Source: a virus (taxonomy: Duplodnaviria > Caudoviricetes). Taken from it: DNA of 60,621 bases. The translations under genes were made by a program, and so were the position numbers. The stretch lies in the IMG/VR virus record IMGVR_UViG_3300048930_000296, positions 1-60,621 of that record. One strand, 5' to 3'. The notes below the pieces were generated by a model. The model was not told the DNA's origin, ran no database searches, and saw only the letters and a list, made by a program, of their open reading frames with translations. This document shows positions 36,514 through 45,199 of the stretch, piece after piece. The number at the start of each line of letters is the position of its first letter. Position 1 is the stretch's first letter.

Positions 36514-36744
36514 TCAAAACCTCCGGTATTCGTCCGACTTCGTGAACCAACTGTGCAACGGGGTTAGACTTCCGTCAATTTCTTCAAGCTGGTATGCAAT
36601 GCAATTGAGTTGCTCAGCCTGATCCGCAGCAATGCAGAGCTCAACGATGCGTGCTCGGTGGTTCGGATCGGTGATGTAGTCGAAACTACAGCCTGCAATC
36701 AGCATGGACATGGTATTCAGGTCGTCTATTTCGGGCATACGCAT
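36514..36744 (-). CDS. Hypothetical protein
   Basis: GGAG RBS. Confidence 0.6.
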   Translation of the reverse strand: MRMPEIDDLNTMSMLIAGCSFDYITDPNHRARIVELCIAADQAEQLNCIAYQLEEIDGSLTPLHSWFTKSDEYRRF

Positions 36745-36801
36745 GATTTTCTCCGGTTGTTTGAGAAGCTAGCTCCTTTCGGAGCTAGCCAGCTGAAACA
36801 A

Positions 36802-37332
36802 TCAGTCTTTCTTGTCTTTCTTGGGCTTGCTGCCGCTTGGGTTGTCCGGGTCGTTGCACCCGCGCCCTTGGCAGTCACCTTCATCGCCGTTCCCGTGACC
36901 ATTGTTGTCCTTCGGGTCGTCTTCGTCATCCTCGCCATCTGGCGGGTCTTCATCATCTGGGTCTTCCTCGCAAGGAGGATCACCTTCGTCATCATCCTCA
37001 TCGTCAGGCGGGTCACCTTCATCGTCATCATCGGGCGGGTCGGTGTCGTCATCCGGATCTTCAGGTTCGTCGTCATCGTCCGGAGGGGTTTCATCCGGCG
37101 GCCTCGGCGTAAACTTGGGAACCATGATATCAGAACCACTGGGCTCGGTGACCACAGGAACAACTCCGCAGTCACAGTCTGTCAGCTGCTCAGCTGTCAT
37201 CCAGCGGATGGTGCAGTAGGCGGTTTCACCCGCTTTGTTCAGAATTCGGACGCTGCACTGCATCCTTTCAACTGCAAGCGCTGGGAAACTCAGCGCGCAG
37301 AGTGCGGTTGTTGCAATAAGTAGACGTTTCAT
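36802..37332 (-). CDS. Secreted Asp/Pro-rich acidic protein
   Basis: AGGAGG RBS; signal peptide ending PALA; PPDDDDE repeats; NNGHGN motif. Confidence 0.75.
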   Translation of the reverse strand: MKRLLIATTALCALSFPALAVERMQCSVRILNKAGETAYCTIRWMTAEQLTDCDCGVVPVVTEPSGSDIMVPKFTPRPPDETPPDDDDEPEDPDDDTDPPDDDDEGDPPDDEDDDEGDPPCEEDPDDEDPPDGEDDEDDPKDNNGHGNGDEGDCQGRGCNDPDNPSGSKPKKDKKD

Positions 37333-37418
37333 TTAAGCCTCCTTGTTTACCGGGGACCGCCCGGCGCGGATTCACTTGTTCAGCTGCGCTAGCGTGCGCA
37401 ACCGTTGCTGAGCGCGAG

Positions 37419-37853
37419 CTAGCGTTCGTCTCCAGAGCCGCGCAATGCGTCCCTGTCGGTGCGGTCCTTCAGCTTCTCAAGGTTGATCATTGCAGCTTCT
37501 GCCAGGCTGATGCCAAGCTCGTTGCAGATGGCGCTCAGATACCACAGCACGTCACCGACCTCTTTGATGATCAGGGCCTTGCGACCATCAGTCAGCTTGG
37601 CGTGTTCAAGATACACAACAGCAGTTCCCGGGTCATAGGGTATCAGCCCGTCATCCCGCATTGCCTTGCCGACGTGCTCTGCGAGCTCACCCGCCTCCCC
37701 ATTCAGCTTCAGGGCGCAGTAGGCAAGCCCGAGCGGGGTGCCCTGGCCGGGGTAGATCGCTGACTTGGTTGCGACTTCTTGGTAGACGCGCAAACTTTCG
37801 TCAGTGTTGAACCGAGCAAGGTCGTGACCCGTGATGCGGTTGATTGTGGTCAT
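37419..37853 (-). CDS. MazG-like NTP pyrophosphohydrolase
   Basis: LNGEAGELAEHVGK, KEVGDVLWY, NLEKL..R, GSGDER. Confidence 0.88.
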   Translation of the reverse strand: MTTINRITGHDLARFNTDESLRVYQEVATKSAIYPGQGTPLGLAYCALKLNGEAGELAEHVGKAMRDDGLIPYDPGTAVVYLEHAKLTDGRKALIIKEVGDVLWYLSAICNELGISLAEAAMINLEKLKDRTDRDALRGSGDER

Positions 37854-37854
37854 T

Positions 37855-38067
37855 TCAGACAAACTCCTTGAATCTGAAGGTTTCTTCGTGTTGCTTCTCC
37901 AACTTCCGCACAACGTAACGGAAGCGTGGCCCACCGTATTGGAGGGCTGTCTCACCTTGCTTCTTGTTCTTCCTGAACACCCCAAGAACAAGACCAGTCT
38001 CTACCGTTGCGCAGAGTCTGTATTCTTGCCCGGGTTCTTTCAGTTTGAAATTGACGTAAGTTGTCAT
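37855..38067 (-). CDS. Hypothetical protein
   Basis: ATGA coupling. Confidence 0.6.
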   Translation of the reverse strand: MTTYVNFKLKEPGQEYRLCATVETGLVLGVFRKNKKQGETALQYGGPRFRYVVRKLEKQHEETFRFKEFV

Positions 38068-38237
38068 TTCAGCAACGCCTCAAGAACGTCAGCTGCATTT
38101 CGCAGCCTTTTTACCCATCTAAGCACGGCAGCCTTCGAAACAGGTTGCTTCTTTTCGATAGCAAGAGAAATTTCTCCGTTGACGCCTGCCATAGCGTGCC
38201 ACGCAGCAGCCAGAACTTGCCCGGCGCTCATTACCAT
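38064..38237 (-). CDS. Hypothetical protein (about 57 aa)
   Basis: Not in ORF track; fills the gap and overlaps both neighbours. Confidence 0.55.
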   Translation of the reverse strand: MVMSAGQVLAAAWHAMAGVNGEISLAIEKKQPVSKAAVLRWVKRLRNAADVLEALLK

Positions 38238-38464
38238 GGCCCTTGAAAGCTTAGTTGAAGCCTTCGTTTTGGCGCGTCTTCGCTATAAATATGACAGATT
38301 TCTTTGAAAGGAAGGTCAAAATGCTCAACTGCAATCGCTTTCGGCGGGTTTCTAAACACTTTGCGAGCGCCTTCAGTTCTTTTTTCAGACGGAGGTTCTT
38401 TGCTGTAGTATATAGCTGGGCACCAGTTGCCACGAAAGCCTTTTTCTTCAACGAACCACTTCAT
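38231..38464 (-). CDS. Hypothetical protein
   Basis: GAGG RBS; first gene of the leftward arm. Confidence 0.6.
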   Translation of the reverse strand: MKWFVEEKGFRGNWCPAIYYSKEPPSEKRTEGARKVFRNPPKAIAVEHFDLPFKEICHIYSEDAPKRRLQLSFQGPW

Positions 38465-38491
38465 CTGAGTTTCCTCTGTTGTGTTGACCTA

Positions 38492-38585
38492 CAGTTAAGC
38501 AGGCACTCACCCGCGTTGCAAGTAAAAAACGCCCGTTGTGAACAGTGTTTTGCCCTTGCGATGGCGCTTACCTGTGCATTAAGCT
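38492..38585. promoter_or_regulatory. Divergent promoter pair at the strand switch
   Basis: Leftward TTGCAA-17-TTAACT; rightward TTGCGA-18-TAAGCT. Confidence 0.5.
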
Positions 38586-38614
38586 GCCTGAACACGCCAG
38601 TCACGGAGTTGGCA

Positions 38615-38824
38615 ATGCTGAGACGTTTCTTTCTGATGGGGTTTCTGAATGACGAATGCACGCATTGCAAAGGTGCGGGCTTTCACAAGTATCCGGCTCT
38701 TCGGCCAATGGTTTGCGAGACCTGTGACGGCACAGGAAAGAACGCTAACCCACTCGCAACGATTGTTTGGATCTTTGCGATACTGGTTCTGACGTTCGGA
38801 CCCGTTATCTGGTATTTCAGCTGA
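38615..38824 (+). CDS. DnaJ-type Zn finger membrane protein
   Basis: CTHCKGAG...CETCDGTG plus C-terminal TM helix; GGAG RBS. Confidence 0.65.
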   Translation: MLRRFFLMGFLNDECTHCKGAGFHKYPALRPMVCETCDGTGKNANPLATIVWIFAILVLTFGPVIWYFS

Positions 38825-39651
38825 TGCCAAAAGAGCGCGGAACGGTTCTTGGGGGCGGTGTTCGAAAGGCATACGCTAGCAAAGGGGATGACACGACTCT
38901 TTCGAGATTCGTGAAGGTTCATGGTGCTAAACCGCTGAGACAGAAGCCCAAGCAGGGCTGGCTGAAAGGAACTCGTTTCGACGTTTCAACCATAGGCAGG
39001 TCGGTCTTTTACCGCAACGGGGTCAAAGCTCCGGATAAGAAACCTCTTGTCAGCGGCCACAGCAATGCGAAAATTGGACGCGATGTCCGTAAAGGCAGAT
39101 TGTTCCGCGGATACTGGATCTATACGCTAACGCTTGAAGAGCGGGCAACCTGCCCTCGGAGCTGTTTCCACTGGGACACTTGTTACGGCAACAACATGCC
39201 TTTTGCGAAGCGAGTTGATCACACTGATCATCGCGCCTTGCAGCAAGCTATTGTCGACCAACTTTACATCGAATTGAATAAAGCTGGTCGCGCTGGTGTT
39301 CTGGTGCGCTTGCACGCTCTCGGAGACTTCTTTTCAGTTGAATATGTTCGCTTCTGGGAGCGACTGCTTGAACACTGGCCCAGGCTTGCTGTCTTCGGTT
39401 ATACCGCGTGGAAGCTGAATACGGAAATTGGCTGTGAGGTGGCAAGGGTAAAGGGGCGCCACGGCAGGCGCTTTGCAATTCGCTGGTCGGATGGGTGGGG
39501 CGCAGAGGATTGTGCAATTCCAATAGCGTTTGAATCCGACTGTCCTGACAATGCGTTTGTCTGCCCTGAGCAGACAGGCAGAACCGCAGCTTGTGCGACC
39601 TGTGGCCTCTGTTGGAACTCGACCCGTAACGTCGCCTTTCTGGAGCACTAG
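38824..39651 (+). CDS. GP88-like Cys-rich (putative Fe-S) protein
   Basis: NAKIG, TCPRSC...CY, VRLHALGDF, YT, CP...CATCGLCW. Confidence 0.65.
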   Translation: MPKERGTVLGGGVRKAYASKGDDTTLSRFVKVHGAKPLRQKPKQGWLKGTRFDVSTIGRSVFYRNGVKAPDKKPLVSGHSNAKIGRDVRKGRLFRGYWIYTLTLEERATCPRSCFHWDTCYGNNMPFAKRVDHTDHRALQQAIVDQLYIELNKAGRAGVLVRLHALGDFFSVEYVRFWERLLEHWPRLAVFGYTAWKLNTEIGCEVARVKGRHGRRFAIRWSDGWGAEDCAIPIAFESDCPDNAFVCPEQTGRTAACATCGLCWNSTRNVAFLEH

Positions 39652-40002
39652 ATGAAACTGCCTGAAACTGTTCTCGTTGGTTGGAAAACGTTCAAGGTTG
39701 AAGATTGGGATCCGAAGCTTGCTGCGTCAAGTCGCCGGTATGGTGAGTGTGACCATACGCCAGCGATCATCCGCATTGACACTTCGCACAGCCCCGAGCA
39801 GGTCCTTGAGACTTTTTTGCATGAGCTGTATCACGCAGCAATTGAGGTTGGAGGCCTGGTTGCAGGACCTGGACCTCAATGGGACGAGGAGCGTGTGGTC
39901 ACATACTTCGCGTCATGGCAGTCAACTCTTCTCAAGCAGAACCCAGCTCTTGCAAAGCTGATCTGGCAGGTGTATGGTGCAGCAGAAGGAGAGACCAAAT
40001 GA
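39652..40002 (+). CDS. HExxH zincin-like protein
   Basis: YGEC...IRID...FLHELYH...EE. Confidence 0.65.
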   Translation: MKLPETVLVGWKTFKVEDWDPKLAASSRRYGECDHTPAIIRIDTSHSPEQVLETFLHELYHAAIEVGGLVAGPGPQWDEERVVTYFASWQSTLLKQNPALAKLIWQVYGAAEGETK

Positions 40003-40490
40003 AACCTCAGAAGCAACGTTATCGCCACAAGCCTGAAGAAGGCATCTACGGGGATTGTCACCGCACTTGTATCGCCATGCTTCTTGACATGGATCGTGAT
40101 AGCGTTCCGCACTTTGCTGAACAGCATCCAGATGATTCGCGGTCATTCCAGCGCGCCTGCGAGGACTGGTTGAACGCCCACGGGCTTGCTACGGTCAATA
40201 TACCGTTCAATGCAAGCCTTCAGGAAGTGTTTGATTTCATGCGGGTCGTGAACCCTGGAGTCTACTACATTCTTGGCGGTGAGTCGAGAACCGGAGTTAA
40301 CCACAGTGTCGTCGCTGTGAACGACATGATTGCTGCCGATCCGTCGTTGAATGATTCTGGAATTATTGGTCCAACAAAGCCTGACGGGCATTATTGGGTG
40401 ACGTTCTACGTTCCAATGAGTTTGAAGTTGAATTCCGGATATGCTTCCGACCCTACTTATGAAGGGATTAAGGAGCCCGCGGATGATTGA
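39999..40490 (+). CDS. Putative papain/C39-like peptidase-fold protein
   Basis: GDCHRTCIA...HSVV...DPS Cys-His-Asp pattern. Confidence 0.55.
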   Translation: MKPQKQRYRHKPEEGIYGDCHRTCIAMLLDMDRDSVPHFAEQHPDDSRSFQRACEDWLNAHGLATVNIPFNASLQEVFDFMRVVNPGVYYILGGESRTGVNHSVVAVNDMIAADPSLNDSGIIGPTKPDGHYWVTFYVPMSLKLNSGYASDPTYEGIKEPADD

Positions 40491-40977
40491 CTTCTTTGAT
40501 GAGATGTTCAAGAGCGCACAGAGCCCTTTCGCGCCGCAGCTAACGCCTCTGCAAATGATGGAAATGGGGGTGTTCGGGCGCAGCTACTTCACCGAGGCAA
40601 CTGAAGAAGATTTTGAAGGCCTTGCGCCTGCAGTTGAAGAGCTGGCACGGAAGCAGGTTGGGAAGTATAGCCCCAAGCTGAACCGATTTAAGGTTCGCAG
40701 CGGTGACAGTAAGCAAGCCTGGGCAGCGCAAGGATGGTTGAAGCCGGAAGACCCGCTTGGCTGGTTCCATTGGTATTGCCGATATCACAACGGGCGTCGG
40801 CATATGCGCGACGAATGGCAGATTGAACGCTGGCGCAACTTTGGAATTCGTTGGGGCAGATTTGGTCGAGACCAAGTGCGGACGCGCGGATGGTGTTCCC
40901 CTGTAGTCAAGCAGAGTCTGCTCCATTGGGCGTATGAACCCGAGACAATTCTGAGGATTGGCAATGGACCTTCTTGA
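40483..40977 (+). CDS. Conserved protein of unknown function (DPxGWFxWYCRY family)
   Basis: LTP..M...GVFG, DPLGWFHWYCRY..GRR..D..QI.RW, Q.LLHWAY. Confidence 0.7.
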   Translation: MIDFFDEMFKSAQSPFAPQLTPLQMMEMGVFGRSYFTEATEEDFEGLAPAVEELARKQVGKYSPKLNRFKVRSGDSKQAWAAQGWLKPEDPLGWFHWYCRYHNGRRHMRDEWQIERWRNFGIRWGRFGRDQVRTRGWCSPVVKQSLLHWAYEPETILRIGNGPS

Positions 40978-41539
40978 AAAGCTTGACACCGCCAGGCAGC
41001 ACGCTCACAATGGCGGGATTCCTGTTCGTCGTAAAGACGGAAAGCTCTATGCTCTACTTTCCGAATGCCTTTCGATCTGCGAAGAAGTGATTGCTGAAGG
41101 TATGTTCGAGGAACTTCGTCAACTGGCTCGGGTTTCTGTCAATGAGCGCAAGCCTAGAGGGTCTGTAACTCGTGCTGAAAGCAATAATGGCCGAGGCCGC
41201 AACTATGTCGAAAAAGGCTCTGACGCTTTCATCCTTGTCTGCAGATATGTTCTTAGCGGGGTTGACGAACGTAACTCGTCTTATCGCTACGCCACAACCC
41301 TGCGTGAAGCGCACCGTCGGTCAATCAGATCCAATGATCTTGCTTCTTGGCTGAAAGAGAACGGTGGCGTCAATGCTCTTTATGGGCGAGCAATCTACAA
41401 AGGTGATATCAACAGCAAACGAACACTTCATCTGAACGAAGCTGTTTCATTTCCCCGTGAAGGTGAGTTCACCATAAGGTTGAAACACGACGGAAAAGGT
41501 TTCTTCGACGTTGTGCAAAAGCCCTTGCGATGTGACTAG
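40964..41539 (+). CDS. Hypothetical protein
   Basis: GAGG RBS, overlap with upstream gene. Confidence 0.7.
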   Translation: MDLLEKLDTARQHAHNGGIPVRRKDGKLYALLSECLSICEEVIAEGMFEELRQLARVSVNERKPRGSVTRAESNNGRGRNYVEKGSDAFILVCRYVLSGVDERNSSYRYATTLREAHRRSIRSNDLASWLKENGGVNALYGRAIYKGDINSKRTLHLNEAVSFPREGEFTIRLKHDGKGFFDVVQKPLRCD

Positions 41540-41553
41540 TGTTGCGCTAGCCT
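41525..41553 (+). promoter_or_regulatory. Sigma70-like promoter
   Basis: TTGCGA-17-TAGCCT. Confidence 0.55.
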
Positions 41554-41583
41554 ACGTTCAACAGCAATCGGAAAGGTTATACT

Positions 41584-42057
41584 GTGCCACCCATCAACGT
41601 TCGTGCCAAGGGGCAGACAGGCGAGCGCGAAGTCGCTGACATGCTGAACTTTATTATCTACAAAGCGATGCAGCGTTGCGGAAAGCCCGAAGCTGAATGC
41701 TTGAAGGCAATGAGCACGGTTCAACGCAACCAGAACCAGAGTGCAGTTGGCGGAAACGATCTCACCAACTGCCTTGGCTTGTCGATTGAAGTCAAGCGTC
41801 AAGAAAGCCTCGCGATTCCGCAATGGTGGCGCCAGACGGTTGCTGCCGCTGAACGGAACGGAGAAGTGCCTGTTCTGATTTACAGGCAGAACCGCAAGCC
41901 CTGGCACGTTCGTTTGCCAATCTTGATCCCTGTCCCGGGTCAAGTCGTCCAGGGTTCGATGCCTGCGGTGGGCGAAGTGGACATTGACACGTTCAAATCC
42001 TGGTTCGCTGAATGGGCGTTCCGGGCAATTCAACTGGGAATGGAGGTGAGGTCATGA
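41584..42057 (+). CDS. PD-(D/E)XK nuclease, Holliday junction resolvase-like
   Basis: KGQTGEREVA, GNDL, IEVKRQE, WWRQ. Confidence 0.75.
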   Translation: MPPINVRAKGQTGEREVADMLNFIIYKAMQRCGKPEAECLKAMSTVQRNQNQSAVGGNDLTNCLGLSIEVKRQESLAIPQWWRQTVAAAERNGEVPVLIYRQNRKPWHVRLPILIPVPGQVVQGSMPAVGEVDIDTFKSWFAEWAFRAIQLGMEVRS

Positions 42058-42107
42058 GCTACGGTGACAAGAAGAAGCCGAAAGGCAAAGGGGGTAAGCC
42101 GAAATGA
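42054..42107 (+). CDS. 17-aa Lys-rich minigene (MSYGDKKKPKGKGGKPK)
   Basis: GGAGGTGAGG RBS; ATGA overlaps at both ends. Confidence 0.55.
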   Translation: MSYGDKKKPKGKGGKPK

Positions 42108-42466
42108 CCCCGCTCACGCCTGAGCAAGAGCTCAAACTGAACCCGCCGAAAAGGCGTGACATTTCCGAGCTTGAAGCTTGGGCGAATCGGGACATGCGAC
42201 CCGTCGTGTCTGCACAAGGCTACGACGGGCGTCACTGTGGTGGAAGGTTTGGAAAAGACGATGGTGTCCTCGATGGTCTTGGTTGGATGGCAACGCAGGA
42301 TCTTGACGGGCAAATCGAGCTCAGCGCGTCGTTCAGCCACAAGCGTCCCAACAACTTCGAAATCATGCGGTTGTTCGGCAAGTTCGGCTGGACTTATTTC
42401 CGCGAAGAATCCCGAGCTGTCGGACGCGTCCGGCATTTCGTTGTGCAAAGGGGAATCACATCGTGA
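42104..42466 (+). CDS. Hypothetical protein
   Basis: Coupled ORF. Confidence 0.65.
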   Translation: MTPLTPEQELKLNPPKRRDISELEAWANRDMRPVVSAQGYDGRHCGGRFGKDDGVLDGLGWMATQDLDGQIELSASFSHKRPNNFEIMRLFGKFGWTYFREESRAVGRVRHFVVQRGITS

Positions 42467-42648
42467 TCACAAAGATAGGTGACCTGATCAACCGCGTGAC
42501 AGCTTCGGTCAGACAGTTTGGGATTGACCCTCACTCTGACATTGTGGTAAGGGTTGGTGATTTTGGTCATGAGCTGCCGATCGAGCATCTCAAGGTCCAA
42601 GGGGGTATTCGGCCGAAACTGGTTCTGCAAGTGAAGTCACAACCATGA
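42463..42648 (+). CDS. Hypothetical protein
   Basis: GTGA coupling. Confidence 0.6.
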   Translation: MITKIGDLINRVTASVRQFGIDPHSDIVVRVGDFGHELPIEHLKVQGGIRPKLVLQVKSQP

Positions 42649-42959
42649 CGGAACCGTTTGAACCTCCTCGGCGTTTGTCGATCTGGCTTTCGCATCCTGC
42701 CTATCACCCATCGTATGCGCGGGTTGGCATCAAGTTCAACGGCGTTGAGCGAAACGATGTTCAGTGGTATGATTTGGACAAGCGCCAGATCCGTATCAAG
42801 GACACCAATGAACTGTTGGAAGGCGATATTGTTGCCTTCTGGCGCTACCCTGAAACCCGCCAGCAGAGACGTGCTCGCGAATCCTGGGAGAAGAAAAATG
42901 TTCGGAACGATCTGGGGAATGGCCCTTCGGGCGCAACTGGAAGCAAGAGTGAGGGCTGA
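42645..42959 (+). CDS. Hypothetical protein
   Basis: ATGA coupling. Confidence 0.65.
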   Translation: MTEPFEPPRRLSIWLSHPAYHPSYARVGIKFNGVERNDVQWYDLDKRQIRIKDTNELLEGDIVAFWRYPETRQQRRARESWEKKNVRNDLGNGPSGATGSKSEG

Positions 42960-42964
42960 AACAA

Positions 42965-43192
42965 ATGATCGACGCGCAAGCAATTCAGAAGGAAATCAGT
43001 CAGCTGACGTTGCGGGGGGTTTCCCTTCAGCAACAGCAAATCGCTCAGACCCACTTGTTCAACGCTGCGGCGATCATGATGGACGGGAATATGATGGACA
43101 GCCACCGCGCATCCATTCACGCGGTCGTTGACGAAATCCTTGACGGGAATGCGCGGATGTTTGCGCTGACCCGGCAGCTGAACGCCCTGTAG
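42965..43192 (+). CDS. Hypothetical protein
   Basis: GAGGG RBS. Confidence 0.65.
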   Translation: MIDAQAIQKEISQLTLRGVSLQQQQIAQTHLFNAAAIMMDGNMMDSHRASIHAVVDEILDGNARMFALTRQLNAL

Positions 43193-43403
43193 GGTTGCAG
43201 CTTGCACCCCGTGAAATTTGCCGCAGCGTGCCAGCTAGCGCTGCGGCCGTAGGGTAGGCCGCCCCTAACAAGCGCACCCTACAGCGTGGCCCCTGCTGGG
43301 CTACAGTGAAAGGCCCTTGCTGACTGTCTGGCTCCTATGCTATGGGTTGTCCACCGACGGTCGATGGCGACTCGGTAATTCCGCAAGTTGCCTAGAGGTG
43401 CCC

Positions 43404-43634
43404 ATGGAAAATCTGATCGATTCTGTTGCAGGCACGTTAGCGGGCTATGGCGTTCTCGGCGCCTGGGCTCTCTATCTTATCTGGCAGAGCTGGCAAAAAG
43501 ATAAAATCATTGAGCGCCGCGATGATCGAATCAATGACTTGATGGATCGGTCAGCTCAACGTGAAATCGATGCAACTAAAACATTGACAGAGCTGACAAT
43601 CCTTGTCCGAGCAATCGGAGGGGGTAAACAATGA
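43404..43634 (+). CDS. Holin-like single-TM protein
   Basis: GAGGTG RBS; one TM helix then coiled coil; first gene of lysis cassette. Confidence 0.6.
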   Translation: MENLIDSVAGTLAGYGVLGAWALYLIWQSWQKDKIIERRDDRINDLMDRSAQREIDATKTLTELTILVRAIGGGKQ

Positions 43635-43807
43635 GCTTGCGCACAATGTTCTTTGGCGAATCGAAAAACACGGTTGCTGCCCGCAAAGAAGAACGATATG
43701 ACGAAGCAGACACCATGCTTCGTGAACTTGAAGCGAAACGTGAGCAAATGCGGGAGCAACTGTCCCAGGCGCTGCACGAAATTATCAAAGGAACACCTGG
43801 AACATGA
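43631..43807 (+). CDS. Small coiled-coil protein in lysis cassette (58 aa)
   Basis: Not in ORF track; GGAGG RBS, ATGA overlaps on both sides. Confidence 0.65.
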   Translation: MSLRTMFFGESKNTVAARKEERYDEADTMLRELEAKREQMREQLSQALHEIIKGTPGT

Positions 43808-44217
43808 TTACGCAACTCACTAGCTTGATCACGGTCATGAGCGCGCTGGTGGCATCGCTGATGCTCGTGCTGGTGGTTTACGGGTTCAGACGCTACATCA
43901 AACGTCCCCGCACCGCTCCAATTGACTATATTGCAACTGGCATTTGGATGATGGCTGTCGCGAAGCTTTTGAGGCTTCTGTGGTGGGACGTTGTTCCTTT
44001 CACATTCCTTCCAAACCTGACAGAATTCCGTGTCGCGCAGCATGAAGTCAATTGGGTCTTTGACGTCATTGTGGTCATTGCGTGCTGGTATATGCTCAAG
44101 GGCATCTACATCATGGTGGAAGCCAAAGAGCCTGGCAAGTATAACGTTCTGACCGCCGTCTTTTATCCCAAACGGCTGCGGATGTGGTTGATCTCACGCC
44201 CTGATGAAGAGGAATGA
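43804..44217 (+). CDS. Three-TM membrane protein (holin candidate)
   Basis: Three hydrophobic segments directly upstream of endolysin. Confidence 0.6.
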   Translation: MITQLTSLITVMSALVASLMLVLVVYGFRRYIKRPRTAPIDYIATGIWMMAVAKLLRLLWWDVVPFTFLPNLTEFRVAQHEVNWVFDVIVVIACWYMLKGIYIMVEAKEPGKYNVLTAVFYPKRLRMWLISRPDEEE

Positions 44218-44864
44218 ACATGACCCCTTGGATTGGCGCAGCCAAGCGCATTGAAGACATCGACATTCCCCGCATCGGTCATGAGATTGGTGTTGGGGAG
44301 GATGAACTCCACGCTGTGATGGATGTTGAAGCTCGGGGAACTGGTTTTGACCGTCAGGGGCGTGTCATCATGCTGTATGAACCGCATGTCTTCAACCGCG
44401 AAGTTGAGCCAAGCCTTCGTGCCGAGGCGGTCGCGCAAGGCCTCGCTTATCCCAAGTGGGGAACCAAGCCCTATCCGAAGAGCAGCTATCCAATCTTTGA
44501 GCGCGCGCTCGGATTGGACCGTGATGCAGCTTTTCGCTCGTGCTCTTGGGGCTTCGGGCAGATCATGGGCTTCAACTGCAAACTGGCTGGATATTCCACC
44601 GCTGAAGCGATGGTTGCTGCTTTCGCTGCTGACGAAGAAACGCACCTTGAAGCGATGGTGCGGTTCATCAAGAATGCTGGTCTTGATGATGAACTTCGCA
44701 GGCACGACTGGGAAGGTTTCGCTCGCGGATACAACGGTTCGGGATACGCGAAACACAACTATCATGGAAGGCTGGCTGCAAGATACAAGTTCTGGGCAAG
44801 CAAACCTGACACGCCCTGGGAGCCTGGAATGCGCGGATGCAACTGCCCGGCGGAGGCTGCCTGA
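44214..44864 (+). CDS. Endolysin, N-acetylmuramidase (DUF3380 family)
   Basis: AV..VE..G.GF, LYEPHVF, SWGFGQIMGFN, FARGYNG.GY. Confidence 0.92.
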   Translation: MNMTPWIGAAKRIEDIDIPRIGHEIGVGEDELHAVMDVEARGTGFDRQGRVIMLYEPHVFNREVEPSLRAEAVAQGLAYPKWGTKPYPKSSYPIFERALGLDRDAAFRSCSWGFGQIMGFNCKLAGYSTAEAMVAAFAADEETHLEAMVRFIKNAGLDDELRRHDWEGFARGYNGSGYAKHNYHGRLAARYKFWASKPDTPWEPGMRGCNCPAEAA

Positions 44865-45199
44865 TGTGGAGATACCTGTCCGGAGCGATGCTGATTGCTC
44901 TGTTGGCTGCGGGAGGTGTGGTTATGCACCAGCGCGCCACCATCGCTCAGCAAGAAACCGAAATGTCAGCGCTCGTTCGCGAGCGCGACAATCTGAAGAG
45001 CGAATTGTCTGTTGCTGCTGAGCGTCTGCGCCAGAGCCAGCGTGCTCAGATGACCACAGCTGAAGCGCTGTCTCGCGCCCAGGAGGCTTCGAGGGAACTT
45101 GCGTCCCTCAAGGATTGGATCAAAGGAAACGAAGATGCGCCGATTCCTGATTGGTTTGTCGATCTGCTCAATCGCCTTGGTTTCAGCGTGCGGCCCTGA
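44864..45199 (+). CDS. i-spanin (Rz-like)
   Basis: N-terminal TM plus coiled coil after endolysin. Confidence 0.8.
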   Translation: MWRYLSGAMLIALLAAGGVVMHQRATIAQQETEMSALVRERDNLKSELSVAAERLRQSQRAQMTTAEALSRAQEASRELASLKDWIKGNEDAPIPDWFVDLLNRLGFSVRP

